64,000 nucleotides of DNA from an uncultured Chloroflexia bacterium. Lineage in GTDB: Bacteria > Chloroflexota > Limnocylindria > Limnocylindrales > CSP1-4. Every line of letters starts with the position of its first letter. Position 1 is the stretch's first letter. The stretch spans positions 12,409 through 76,408 of the forward strand of contig CAVYZQ010000005.1 of NCBI GenBank assembly GCA_963772995.1, given 5' to 3'. The position numbers and the translations under genes are program-made. The notes below the pieces were generated by a model, which saw nothing but the letters and a program-made list of their open reading frames with translations, was not told the origin of the DNA and searched no databases. Positions 63,909-64,000 of this stretch are shown in pieces.

Positions 63909-64000
63909 GTGAACAACGTCGTCACCATCCAGGCGACCGCACCCCGGACCGCGCCGCGGCCCTGGCGTGACGCGGTGGCGGGCATCGCCGCGACAGCCGT
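63909..64000 (+). CDS. Possible 5' end of a gene running off the window
   Basis: GTG 63909 opens VNNVVTIQATAPRTAPRPWRDAVAGIAATA… with no stop before the window ends. No further support. Confidence 0.2.
   Translation, partial: MNNVVTIQATAPRTAPRPWRDAVAGIAATA

Noticed and set aside
1-64000. Programmed ribosomal frameshifting or recoding as an explanation for the frame hops
   Set aside because: There are far too many hops, up to 20 or more per gene, in both directions. I saw no slippery heptamers or downstream structures, and the affected genes are unrelated to one another.
1-64000. tRNA, rRNA, tmRNA or RNase P genes
   Set aside because: I scanned for T-loop-like GGTTCGA(A/G)TCC contexts and for conserved RNase P and rRNA strings. 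The few GGTTCGA hits lie inside coding sequence without acceptor or anticodon arms. A by-eye scan is not exhaustive.

Overview
High-GC (by eye about 70%) chromosomal segment. The gene families (F420-linked LLM oxidoreductase, DinB/mycothiol-type proteins, PPK2, class A PBP) look actinobacterial or from a similar high-GC lineage. I found no rRNA, tRNA, CRISPR array, transposase, integrase or phage genes.

Content, left to right:
- a secreted GH13 amylopullulanase-like gene, then PPK2
- an intact cluster with a free-standing lipoyl domain, E1 alpha and beta, a 2-hydroxyacid dehydrogenase, an acetoacetate-decarboxylase-family gene and an SDR
- two sensor kinases, an OmpR-type regulator and a Crp/Fnr regulator
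- a duplicated-domain PAS protein with a small paralog
- a GT4 glycosyltransferase
- an intact four-subunit 2-oxoacid:ferredoxin oxidoreductase (delta-alpha-beta-gamma), with hemerythrin and GyrI-like genes nearby
- a corrinoid protein / URO-D-type methyltransferase pair
- a MarR regulator with a two-gene ABC exporter, then ChrA
- a very large secreted BNR/Asp-box protein
- flavodoxin, MFS transporter, LLM oxidoreductase, serine hydrolase, M14 peptidase and MsrA
- an esterase plus cyclase-fold gene pair
- a class III nucleotide cyclase
- eda-kdgK-galK
- a class A PBP and an ABC ATPase

Two features dominate.
1. A ~0.5-kb non-coding element occurs twice in inverted orientation at ~95% identity (18236-18768 and 25775-26292). 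The two copies bracket a 7-kb kinase / GT / OFOR block, and no mobility gene is present.
2. About half of the genes can only be read by hopping frames at +/-1 indels (roughly 90 or more hops in total). The other genes, interleaved in blocks, are perfectly intact. This is either mosaic assembly error or recent selective gene decay.

Other oddities are an msrA 3' relic 1.6 kb downstream of msrA, an uncharacterised ~70-aa domain present three times next to PAS modules, and a lower-GC patch with gene fragments. All family calls come from motif recognition by eye. No database search was run.
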